Positions 49,204-60,821 of a stretch of 64,000 nucleotides of DNA are shown one piece after another. Numbering within the stretch: the first letter of the stretch is position 1; each line of letters opens with the position of its first letter. Made by a program: the position numbers and the translations under genes. Where the stretch lies: positions 320,115 to 384,114 of the forward strand of contig NW_003314319.1 in assembly GCF_000143415.4 (NCBI RefSeq), in the 5' to 3' direction. The stretch is from Selaginella moellendorffii. Taxonomy: Eukaryota > Plantae > Lycopodiophyta. The notes under the pieces are model-generated. The model was not told the origin of the DNA. It searched no databases and saw only the letters and a list, made by a program, of their open reading frames with translations.

Positions 49204-52150
49204 ATGAGATGTTTTAAACTTTGTGTTGGGCACAATTTTGAAGCAAGATTAGCATTCTTCTCGAAGAAGTTGGACAAAACTCAGCAAAAGTGGCTTGCCC
49301 ACGAGAAGGAATTGTTTGTGGTGATTAAGGCACTCAAGGAGTGGTGACGCTACCTTAAGAGACACTTCAAAATTTACACAGATAATATGGCAATGAAACA
49401 CTTGTTAACACAGCCCAACATGAGAGAGAAACAAGGTCAGTGGGCTAATGCTTTGGCCGAGTTTGATTGCAAGATTTTGTATAAATCTAGGAAAAACAAC
49501 ATTGTGGTAGATGCTCTAAGTTGAAAAGTGAGCTTGAAGTTAGTGATATCCAGCATGATAAAAACCTTTTGGAATGATGTGCAAACAGCGTATGAGAACG
49601 ATGGTCTAGCACAAGAAGTGTTGTTGAGGAACCAAGAGGCACGGGAAGCTCACTAAAGAGGTGAGTTGCCAACGGAAGAGAAAACAGGCTATGCAAAATG
49701 CAATGGACTCATCTATTATAAACAAATGAAAATATATGTTCTAAAAGGGGAACTAAGGAAGGTAGCCTTAGAAGAATGTCATAATGGACTTCTTGTGGGA
49801 CACGACAAAGTGCCCGAGACGATGGGCTTATTCAAGAGGAAGTATCACTGGCCAGATATAGCTAAGGACGTCCAAGATTAATCGTCCATGGAAATGTTTT
49901 ATGATAGACTTCATCATAAGACTCTCCCCAAATTAGGGGTTTGATGCAATATTTGTGGTGGTGGACCAATTTTCAAAGATGGCACATTTCATACCCATTA
50001 CAATTGAAGTGGATGCAAAAGGTGTGGTGAAGTTGTTCTTCGAATAAGTGGTTCAAGTGTGGGGAAGGCCAAAAGAGATTATCTCAAATTGAGATAAGAT
50101 CTTCACTAATAGGTTCTAAAGAACTCTCTTAGAATAACATCGCACCAAATTGAAATTTAGCACAACTTATCACCCATAGACAGGTATTAGGTATTAAGTC
50201 AAGTTTGATGGCACTAACACTTCTTGACAGATGGACAAACAAAAAGGGTGAATAGGCAGTTGGAGGATTATTTATGATGCTATATCTCCAGAGATTAGAC
50301 TGATTAGGTAAGTCATTTAGGACTTGTGGAAATGTGCTATAAAACACACCACACTCGAGTATTAGGGTGAGTCTATAGGAAGTCATCAATGGGCGAGCTA
50401 TTGAAGGTCCTGTGGAACTCAATGTGACCGAGTATCATGGGGAGTCACCCACAGTGGAGGCATTCATGGCAGAAAGACTCAACATTTAGAATCTAGTGAA
50501 GGATTCCTTGGAACAAGCTCAACAAAGGCAAACCAAATATACAAACCAAAAGCATCGAGATGTAAAGTTCTAACTTGGGGAGAAGGTGTGATTTAACACC
50601 AAGAACTTAAGGCTACCAAGTGGGATTGATTGAAAGCTAACTCAAAGGTAAAAATGCATGTATTCCTGGAAATTAACTGATCTTGAGTTCCTTAAGCAAG
50701 TTTGTGAGACTTTACAAGATTGAGGCACAAATTGATAAGGTGGCTTACTATATTTAACTTCCTCGAGAGATGAGGAAGATGCACTCTATGTTCCATGTGA
50801 ACTTACTCAAGCTGTATTTTGAGGATTTGCTTCGCAAGGACCAAATAAAACTTTTACTTAAGGTTATCCAAGGGGAAAAGGAATACAAAATCAAAGCCAT
50901 CCTCAATGCACACAAGAGCAAGTAACAAAGATGTGAGGTGAGGGAGTTCCATGTGAAGTGGAAAGGATTTCCACATTGCAAAACAACATGGGAATTAAAG
51001 GAAAACTTAGTGAACGTGTGGGATCTAGTAAATGAATTTTTGCAAGGTAGAACTCTATATACTTATGCAAAATTCAATTAAAGAATCTATTTAAGAAATT
51101 GAGCAATGTCATATGTTAGGACCCGAAGGGGCGCCAAAGATAAGCTAATTAGCATGGGTTAACTAGGTCAACCAAGCATAAAAAACTACGCTCAACTCCC
51201 CACGGGGATGTTAAATCCATAGACTATTCTATGGAAGTTGGGTTCAAGTCCCAACCCTCTAGTAAAGCAAAGCTAGGTTCAAGTCCCAACCCTATACTAG
51301 GGTGTAGTGAGGGGAGGGGGTATAGAGACACCTATATTCCGTTGTCATGGGCTATTGGCTGGAAAGGCTAACTTAGGCACACCAATGTCCCCGAAAACAT
51401 GGTACAAGTCATAGGATTAAAAAGAGGTGTTTGATGTGGGCATTGAACTTCTTTTATGGGTGATGGAGTTGTAAGGAACCAATTCCCCAAGGTGTTGAAA
51501 GCTAAAGGATCCCTGAAAATATGACTAAAATGATAAAAAGTTTATCAAATGAGACTAAGTCTAAGATCGAGTCCAAGACCAACTCTAAAACCGAGTTTGA
51601 GACTGAGTCCAAGATCAAGTATAAGACCGAGTCTGAGACCAAGTTTGAGACCGAGTCCAAGACCAACTCTAAGACCAAGTTTGAGACTGTGTCCAAGATC
51701 AAGTATGAGACCGAGTCTGAGACCAAGTTTGAGACTGAGTCCAAGACTGAGTTTGAGACCGAGTCCGAGATCCGAGATCGGATCTAAGACCGAGTCCCAG
51801 ATCGAGTTCGAGACACGAGATAGAGTCCAAGGTCAGGTCCAAGATTGAGTCCGAGATCGAGTCTGAGACTGAGTCTAAGACCAAGTCTAAATACTAATAT
51901 AGGTCATAGGGTGAAAGCCCAAAGCATGTGTCTCCCGGGGGGGGGGATAGTCTACAGGGATAGTAGGGATATAATAGGGATAGTGAGGTTTAGGAACTAG
52001 TCTTGAAGAAACTCTCTAGTGGTGCTTTCAAATTAATTTGAGGTTGAGATTAGGCTGAAGGGCTTTGGGTGGGAGTGAGCATGGACTCAAGTGGTGCCAG
52101 AGGGGCCACCCAAAGAAATGCTCAAGAGCGGCTCCTGCTCCTAAAAAGGG
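49204..52150 (+). mobile_element. Decayed chromovirus (gypsy) 3' half: RNase H, integrase, chromodomain, PPT, family B LTR from 51470
   Basis: [66 protein letters not shown]. The LTR start TGTAAGGAACC matches the 15259 terminus. Confidence 0.85.
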
Positions 52151-52559
52151 CATCTCTTTTACTATAAAATCACCATATCAAAGAAATTATATCCCTCTCT
52201 TCCTTCCTAAAGAATATCCTCCCCTCTACATTATGTGCAAACTCAACAACATAGTATGGTATCCACTCAAACATAACACTTCTGCTAACTTGGCATACTA
52301 AATATCCTCGTCCATGATAAGGCATTCTATGATGGAAAGGGCCTTTGGCAAATGTAGGAATCAGGCAGTTCCATACTACTTCATTCCAATTGAGCATACT
52401 ATTAAAGAATTATCTAGCCTGGAAGTAGTGTGAATGCTAGTACATCAAGTTCTAAGTGATTAGATCCCACTCGCATATACCATCAAACATTAGTTAAGAC
52501 AAAATATACAAATAAACACAACCCTAGTATTGTGCTTACATGTAGACTCTTTACTCTCC

Positions 52560-53800
52560 TTAGATCTCAACATCCTTAGTGTCATCATACTCCATCACTC
52601 CCCCTCAACTCAAGTGCTACCTAAAGTTAGAGCTTGATGTGCAAATGTTACCTTATATTCCAACATTCCCCCTCTACTTTTAAGGACAAACTTGAGGTGC
52701 AGATGTTGCTTTATACTATTGTTTTTGTAAGAAGTATTTTTTCATGAAATCCTCTATATCCATGAGATCTTCTAATTGCCTAAGGAGATCCACTATACAG
52801 TAGTAATGATCTTTACCAAGTTTGATAATAAAATCATTGCCTATCAATTCATTGTGGCTACATTCTATGAGGATGCTGACGAAAAATATCTCATTCAATG
52901 CTAGAATCATCAATTAGAACTTTTCCACCAACTCCTTCCCTTGCCCATAATGCACAAATGCTGCCACTGTTACATTCCACTCTACCAAGGTAAACTTACC
53001 ATTGTATACTAGTAGTCTTTGGTTGCCAAACCAAAGCCAACCATAATGTTTTAATTGCTTTGGTTATAGTTTTGTATTCTGCACAAATAGCTAAGTTAAA
53101 GAATTTAGAAACATACCTTAGAGAGAATGATATTCTATTGTCTAGATCTTCCACTTCAAAAATTTAAGTAGCTAAATACACCATCACACTAGCTAAATTC
53201 TAGTGTACAGCTCCTTTATCTCCTCTTCAGTGCAAAATCCATCAGCTTTGGAGTTTATGACTTTGCAATGCTAGAATGGAGTATAGCAATATGGACATTC
53301 ATGTATGCACAAAAAACTTAAAATAATATATAAGCTTATCAAAATCTGTCATTCATTGTTCCTTAATGCCAATGTACTAAAATCATAATCACCAAGTGAG
53401 TAGATGTAGGTGTTCCAATCAGTTTAGGCACCTTTAAAATCCAAAGCTAAAAAGAAATTAGAAGTGTTACGAGATTGGTTAGTACTACTATTCAAATAGT
53501 TAGTAATAAAGAATCAACCCCATTGTAGCCAACTAGATTATTGTGATGCAACCTTTTTGCCACTATTCATGCATATATAACTCTTTGGATTATGCCCCTA
53601 GTTTCGCATAGTGGTTCTAAGAGCTTTCTTTTACATCATCTACAATACACAGAAGTGTTAAATTTAAATTTGAGGAATACATGAATTTCCAGTTGGTTAG
53701 CACTTAAGATACACTTGGAATAAAGAGATAGCTTAGTACTTATGTTATGTTGTGTATAGCTTCAGTTGGCACAATCTGTACAAAGCTACTCTATGTCCAT
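52560..53800 (-). mobile_element. Possible Ty1/copia remnant (RNase H/RT end, PPT)
   Basis: GAGGGGGAG-type tracts at ~52598 and ~52666 on the minus strand, and a KDHYYCIVDL fragment weakly like copia RNase H. Heavily decayed. Confidence 0.4.
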
Positions 53801-53899
53801 TGGAGAATGTGGGAATATTCATCACTTTATATATTCCATAGTGAGCATCTCTTTCCCAATATCTTGTTTTGCCTGTGATCATATGACAAATGTTTGAAG

Positions 53900-54210
53900 G
53901 GAAATGTCATATGATGGTTCAGAAATTTGTAAAAAGTAAACCTCCATCGACATGAAAATGTATGCCTTGAGATGTCAAGATGGTTCAAAACTTTGTAGAA
54001 AATAGTTCTAACCTCCATCAACATAAACTCGATATGTCATGATGGTTTAAAACTCTGTAGAAAGTAGCTCCCAACCTCCATCTACATGAATTCAAGATGT
54101 CACGATGGTTTGAAACTCTATAGCAAGTAATTCCTGACCTCCATCAACATGAAAATGTACCAAGTTGGTTGGAACTCTATAAAAAGTAGTTCCCAACCTC
54201 CATTGACATA
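53900..54210. repeat. Tandem repeat, ~5 copies of a ~60-bp unit
   Basis: Recurring gatggtt(c/t)aaaact(c/t)tgtagaaagtagttcc(c)aacctccatc(a)acatga. Confidence 0.8.
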
Positions 54211-54773
54211 AAGCGTCTACAAAGATATTTCCATCTTGTTCAATTTACTCATGAAATCTAAGAAGAAAGAAATACATATAAGTATTTCTCCACAAGTTCC
54301 CAGCAACTTCCCCAAGCTCAAATGGCATGAACTGCAAGAGCTCCTCAGAAGCTCTAAGCCATCAAGAATGACCAATCAGATCCACAACACAAACAAAGTG
54401 ATTTTCACTTGCATGGAGATGCAAATCAGATTATCTATGTAGCCCTTGCTGCATGACTGCATATTGACAAAAGAATGGAGAATGTTGATGAGGTTGTTGG
54501 GTGTCACATTTATTCCCAGCCACAACTATAAAACCAAAGCTTCAACGTGGGTCGTATATCATAGACTTAGAATAAAGAACTAAGGGCTCACAGTGGAGCA
54601 GCAAATAAAGCTAAAATTCTTGCAAATATATGCCGCCCCCTTGGCAGCTGCAATATTAAATGCCCACTGAGTTGGAGCGCTTGAAATCTCAATGGATTCA
54701 TCCCACACAGCGGGATTGCTGCTCCTTTGTGAATGGGAAGGAGTGACCTCAAGGGAAGCTGATCTTACAAGTC

Positions 54774-55091
54774 CTAAGCAAAATCTTGAGAAACAAAAAG
54801 CGACAGGCTAGTTTTGAGGAAGTAGATGGCAGTGACCTCTCCAGAGATTTTGGAATCTCCTTGTTGAAGATCTTGCAGATTTAGTTGAGCATCAAGATTC
54901 AAGGTCGTCCATAGCATTGGAATATCACCCAGCGATCCAGGGATTGTGCCAGAGAGTGAATTGGTGCTGAGATTCAGTGAGATGAGGTGGCCAAGTGATG
55001 CCAAGCAATTCATATAGACGACTAGTGCACTGTCCATGACTGTTGATTCGCGGCTGGGTTGCCTCGGCCGTGGACCTGTCCACCAATGCAC
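54774..55091 (-). pseudogene. LRR gene fragment (less decayed copy)
   Basis: LGHLISLNLSTNSLSGTIPGSLGDI. Confidence 0.7.
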
Positions 55092-55514
55092 TCTTGGACT
55101 TGCTTCACTTTGGCGCTTCCAGGGCCTCTAGAGCTAGGACCTCTTCCATGCATCACTGATCCATGATTGCAAAGCTTCACGGATGCTTGAAGGGTCTTTG
55201 AAGTGATAATGGGGTGTCTCGGCCTGGAGAGTTTAGGAACACAATAGATCTTTCAAGCTAGTAGATATTGAAGATCTCCAGGCCTGCTGCAGTTCCACGT
55301 ACATGAGCACTAAATGAACTTAGCAACGGCGAAGCAAGAATGGAGCTGTGGAGCATCCTGCCTTTGTAGAGATCTTTGGAGACGGTTCTCTCTTATAAAA
55401 TAAGGCAAGGAGCTCGACCCTGGATCAGATCTTGCGAAACTGAGCTGCCTTGACAGGGGGATGGCGAGAAGATTTATTATTTGTATTATTTTATTTAGTT
55501 AACAGCTCGTTGGT

Positions 55515-56739
55515 TTAGTTTATTTGGAGCTTTTGTGAATGCTTGCCATCCAAATATTTTGTGTAGACATTTGTGATGTGCTCTTGGTATAAGGTTGACT
55601 TGTAGAGTGGCGGGTTTTGCTCATCAATAAGTTCTGGCAGGGGTCCTATCACAGCATCCCGTGATGGATTGCAAAATGCCACGATGGAGAGACGAGTTTG
55701 ATCAGGCTGGACAAGGACTCGGTGCTCAATGCTCTTGTATTTTCCATTGCTCAAAATCTGGCATGGAAAAGAACAAAGCCATGATAAAAATCAATCCAAG
55801 TCACTTACTTCAAGCTGATCAGCGATGTTCACAATGAATGCATTCTTTATAGGCTTCAAGTCGTACCAGAGATCACCTTTCCTGGCCTGGAGTCCGCCAA
55901 CTTGATCTTCAAACAGGATTGTCAAACCGCCACTATCGGTGTGGCCATTCATCCCAAGAGCAAGGTCGGGATTTGGGCACGGCGGATAGTAATTTGATCG
56001 CAAGATCATCTCCGAGTCTCCAAACGATTTTGCGAGGCAGTTTGAATCCAGCCCGAGTCCTTCAGACAAAGCAGACATCAGAGTCTGACTCAGATGTCTC
56101 ACGCTTGAAACATAGCTGGAAGCGAGCCTCCTGCAATATCCAAGAAACCAAGCAATCTCATGAAATCCAGATTAGTCAAGCTCATTTACTTGTAGCAGGC
56201 TGGTTTTTCCGGCCATGGATGCTCTTTTTCTCTGTTTGAAAAGTAGTGCTGAAAGTGGTCGTGCCACTCCATATGAGTCTCTTGAGAAGGTGTCATACTC
56301 GTGCAGTACCGCACGGGCACAAACACCTCCTCCGTATAATACTTCATCTTCTCCTCAATAGGAAGATCAAAGAGCTCAAGCACTCCATGGACCATGCCTT
56401 GCATGGTTGCAACAGGAATCCCGTGGTTGATCACCTGCATGTGACATCATATTATGAATGATCCTTTTGAGCAGGTACACATCAAAATACCTGAAAGATG
56501 CCCCATTCACTCGAAGCCTTGCACAAAGTTTGAACAAATTTCTCTCGGTCACTCTCCAATGCAGCCATGTCAATCACAGGGATCTCCACTCCAGGAACGA
56601 TCAAATGCTTCACAGCTCGGTGGCTGGGAGGTTTGATATAACGGCCAGGAATGGTAACGAGGCCATTATCCATGAGAGCTTTGACACCCTTTGGAAGAAC
56701 ATCAGTCTGCTGATTGACATTTGCAACAAAGGAAGGCAT
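55515..56739 (-). CDS. 2-oxoglutarate/Fe(II)-dependent dioxygenase (DOXC class), second copy
   Basis: Same 4-exon structure. Retains the consensus NYYPPCP, HTD, EHR and RLS. Confidence 0.94.
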
Positions 56740-57268
56740 AGCTACAAAATTAGGAGGAAACAAGATGAACGAGGTTGCATAGAATTGGTGGGTTTATATA
56801 GTTGATTTTTCATGATGTTAAAGTCCAAGTTGGTGGCCGCGAAAGACCTTCTTTCTAGGTGGCAGCCCACCTGGCCATCGCCTCAATTCCTTAAAACATC
56901 ACGTCTTTTCTTTTTCGAGACTCTGGATAGTAAGCGACGAAGCCGGCAGCAGCAGCGAAGGAGGGAGCCGACATCGCGGCTTCGATTTTCTACATCCATC
57001 AGTCACAAGATTACCGAAATAACATAAATAGATAGTTGTAAGCATGAGACTGATGGATGCAAGAATGCCACGATTGAAAATTAGAGCTACATCTTGCAGA
57101 TCTTCCTGGTCTTCAGTCCTTGTTGTGCGCTGCTTGGACACAATTTCTTTCTGAAAGAGCCGGGTAGAAAAACTAAGACAGTGAATATGTTCTCTTTCGA
57201 TTTGAATTTCTTCCTTTAAATATATATGCTCTCCACTCTTATTTCAATCTAAAGTTTAGCTTAGGATC

Positions 57269-58935
57269 ATGGTTGGGACGATCAAACACCTCTACAACAG
57301 TCAATGGATGGTTGCATTGGCAAGTTTCTTCCTCATGATCTCCACGGGAGGAGCACTCAACAACTTCAGCCTCTTCTCGCAGCATCTCAAGCTGTCCCTC
57401 GACTACAACCAAAAAAATATCAACACCATAAGCTTATTTAAGGACGTTGGCACCAGCGTCGGGATTCTCTCCGGCCTCCTCTATGATCTCACCGGGCCCT
57501 GGGTCGTGCTCCTCCTTGGATTCGCGCTAAACTTTGCTGGATACTTCACGATATGGCTGGCTACAACGCAGAGAATAGCACAACCCCATGTCTGGGAACT
57601 GTGCTTCTATCTCTTTATGATCGGCGCATCGGCAGCCTTCACCACCACCGCTGTTCTTGTGGCCTGTGCCAAGAATTTCCCCAAGAACCAGGGCATGGTT
57701 CTTAGTCTTCTCGACAGTACGCAGGGATTGAGCGTTGCGATGTTCACGCTGCTTTACCAGGCCTTTTTCTCTCGCAATGACGATTCATTCGTTCTCTTGC
57801 TGGCCTGGTTTCCATCACTCTTGTGCCTTCTCTTCGCGTTTTCCATTCGATCCGTCCCACTCGACGGTCGCTACAATGACTCGAGAACGCTCTTCGTCTT
57901 CTTGTCAGTAACTTTGATCCTGGCTGGATATCTCATGGCTATATCATCCTCCAGCACTTCGTGCGCCTAGAGTCTCGGATCATCAAGGCCTTCTTTTCCA
58001 TTATGCTGATCATTCTCTCCATCCCAGTTCTTGTGGTTCTGAGACAGGAATCCAAAACCCTCCGGCATCGCCTTCGCGAAGAAGTTGATGTTGATCTAGT
58101 GGAGAACGCAGCGATAGAAACTCCTCAAACAGATTATCAAGACGTAGATCCTCCGGATCATGGGGCAGACGCCGCTGCTCCAGCCATCGCCTCGCACATT
58201 TCGATCTTCTTCTTTAAAGGATCGCCCGTCAAGCGAGGAGACGATTTCACAATCCTCCAGGCGCTCTGTAGCATCGACATGTTTCTCATCTTCGTGGCTT
58301 CAACCTGTGGCATTGGCGCTGTGCTAACCGTGACCAACAATTTCGGCCAGATTGGAACGTCCCTTGGCTACTCCCAGGCCGGAACAAACACTTTCATCGC
58401 CCTCCTTAGCATCTGGGACTTCAACGGTGGCGTTGGCGTTGGCTTCATCTCGGACATATGCCTCGCCAGCTATGGCGTCGCAAGGCCCTTCTTCCTGTGC
58501 CTGGTTCTCTTGCTTCTGTCGCTTGGGAGCTTGATAATCGCTCTTGGGCTTCCCGGAGCGCTCTTCTACGGCTGGGTTTTGATTGGGCTGTCAATCGGTG
58601 GCCAGTGGTCGGTTCTTTACACCATGATAGCGGAGATCTTCGGGCTCAGGTTCTATGGGACGCTCCAAAATGTAACTTACGTCGCTAAGGCTCTGGGAAC
58701 TTATGTTTTGTCCGTCCGGGTGGCAGGAGTTTTATACGACTGCGAGAGTAAGCTTGGACCGAGCAATGGAAGTTTGGATGGTGATGAGCTCCTTTGCCAT
58801 GGACCACATTGCTACAGAACAACCTTTTTCGTAATGGCTGGAGTGTGTTTGTTTGCATCCATTGTGAGCTTGATCTTGTCCATTAGAACAACAAAGTTTT
58901 ATAGTGTCACTCTTCGAAAGAGATTAATTGATTAA
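57269..58935 (+). pseudogene. Nodulin-like MFS transporter, same frameshift (~57941)
   Basis: Translations identical to the left copy. Confidence 0.88.
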
Positions 58936-59745
58936 TAGATGTTAGCTGCTGAAATGAAAAGTAAAACTTCTACAAGCTGCTGAAATGAATAGTAAACTTC
59001 TACGCATAATCCGATTAGCCTAAAAATTTTAGATTATATGCAATTACTCACTTGAGTTATTATTTTAAATGCAAAGTCAAACCAGCCCATCAATAGTTGA
59101 TGTTTTATGGGATAATTTCTCAATAAGACAGATATTCATACACAAGAAAGACCATGAGATAAATCATTTCTCTTGTATGCAATGGATATTAATATATATG
59201 ATCAGAAAGGAAAAAATTGTAACAATCTTAAGCTTCATGATAATAAACTACATGAAAAATTAGAAACTCAAAGAGTAAATAATAATTTAACTACTATAAA
59301 ATAGAGAGAGCATATGCCCAAAGACAAATATAAATTTTTTTTACTTACACTAATGCTTTAGTTTTAAAGTAGCAATGTTTGGTTATAGTAGTGTCATTCC
59401 TGTTTAGTATTATTGAATAATCCAATGATAAACATATTTATAAATTATAATACAAAATTAATTTTAATTAATAACAACTGTTACATGGATCCTAGACTAT
59501 CCAAGCTATCCATTACCATTATAGGTTTGCTTAAGCAATCAAAAAAATAATCTAAAGTATTCAATTATAATAATTTACAGTTGACAATTATAACAAATTT
59601 AATGGGTGACTCTTTCATTATAAATTTAGGTTGTAATAGCTAAAGGGCTATTTAATTTTACCATTATCTAAGACTCTTATTTGATGTATATTTCATAATG
59701 ACAATTTGGTTCCATTCTTCAGACAAAATCTATAAACAAAGTTCA

Positions 59746-60414
59746 TCATTGAAATTTCTGTTTGAAATCACTCCACAACTGATCCACACTTTTTCTAATC
59801 AGATCCTGGAAGTAGCTTTCACTCCACCCGTCATAGAGCTTCTTGTTAAGCTCTGCCACAAAGCTAGGATGGAGATCGTTGACATAGTTTAGAAACAGTG
59901 CAGTCACGGTATACCCCTCGTCCCAGTGGCTCCCCAACCCCACAAACCCATTGGTCGACACACCTAGCTTAGCCTTGAGCCTCATAAAGTCGGCAATCCC
60001 CTCGATCAGTCCCTGCGGCGCCCGGCTCCCGTCCTTGCCGAACCACTGCCAAATGTGAGTCATCTCGTGGTACAAGACGCCTCGGAGCTCAAAAACCAAG
60101 TCTCCAGTGAAAGTAGCAACAAACTGTGCGCTGAGATGGATCTCCACACCAATGGCGTAGGCCACCCCAGGCATGCCGTCCACTGTGAAGTGGATGGTGT
60201 CAATCTCCTTCTTAGGTGTGTCGGGGCTCATATACTCGAAGCCAAGCTGGACGAAGGCCATGGCGTCGGCAAGGATGGAGAGGGCTCCATCTACTCCCAT
60301 GACAGAGTCGAAGCGCTGGCCTCCCGGGGATTCTGGGGTTGTGTTGGCGCCTGTGATGGAGGTGCCTTGAGTTACCTGGAATGTTGCTAGGATAATGAGG
60401 AGAAAAATTGCCAT
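59746..60414 (-). CDS. Basic secretory protein (BSP/PR-17-like), secreted HExxH metallopeptidase-like, intact
   Basis: 222 aa with a hydrophobic signal peptide MAIFLLIILATFQVTQG, PGGQRF, LYHEMTHIWQW, APQGLIEGIADFMRL, WDEGY and KSVDQLWSDFK. Confidence 0.93.
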   Translation of the reverse strand: MAIFLLIILATFQVTQGTSITGANTTPESPGGQRFDSVMGVDGALSILADAMAFVQLGFEYMSPDTPKKEIDTIHFTVDGMPGVAYAIGVEIHLSAQFVATFTGDLVFELRGVLYHEMTHIWQWFGKDGSRAPQGLIEGIADFMRLKAKLGVSTNGFVGLGSHWDEGYTVTALFLNYVNDLHPSFVAELNKKLYDGWSESYFQDLIRKSVDQLWSDFKQKFQ

Positions 60415-60821
60415 TTTCTTTATGTTTTTCTTTTCCTCCTTATATCATTTGAGTTATTATTTCAAATGTAGAGTCAGTCTATGTTTCCTGGGATAGTTTC
60501 TCAATAAGACAGATGATAAAACAGTTATTTACTTTATTTTTCCGGCATCTTTCCTAAAGGTAGACCCCATTGTTAATCAAAACGATGAGAAAAACAAAGG
60601 GTGGCACCTGCAAAAAAGAAAGTTTTAGAAACAAATCGCAAAAGGAGAGAGAAATCGCAAAGATGGAAGGATTCCAAGGATGCGAGAGAAACTTTCGGGA
60701 CAAAGAGAAAATCTCACCACCAAGTCTACTAGAGCGCTCAATTAGCATGCGAGAGGCACTAGGATTGATACTCTCTACATTCCTTTTCTTTCTCTTCTTT
60801 GTTTTCGTATGCCCTTAATCT

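Noticed and set aside
53900-54210. CRISPR-like repeat array
   Set aside because: Units are contiguous diverged tandem copies without unique spacers, there are no cas genes, and the context is eukaryotic.
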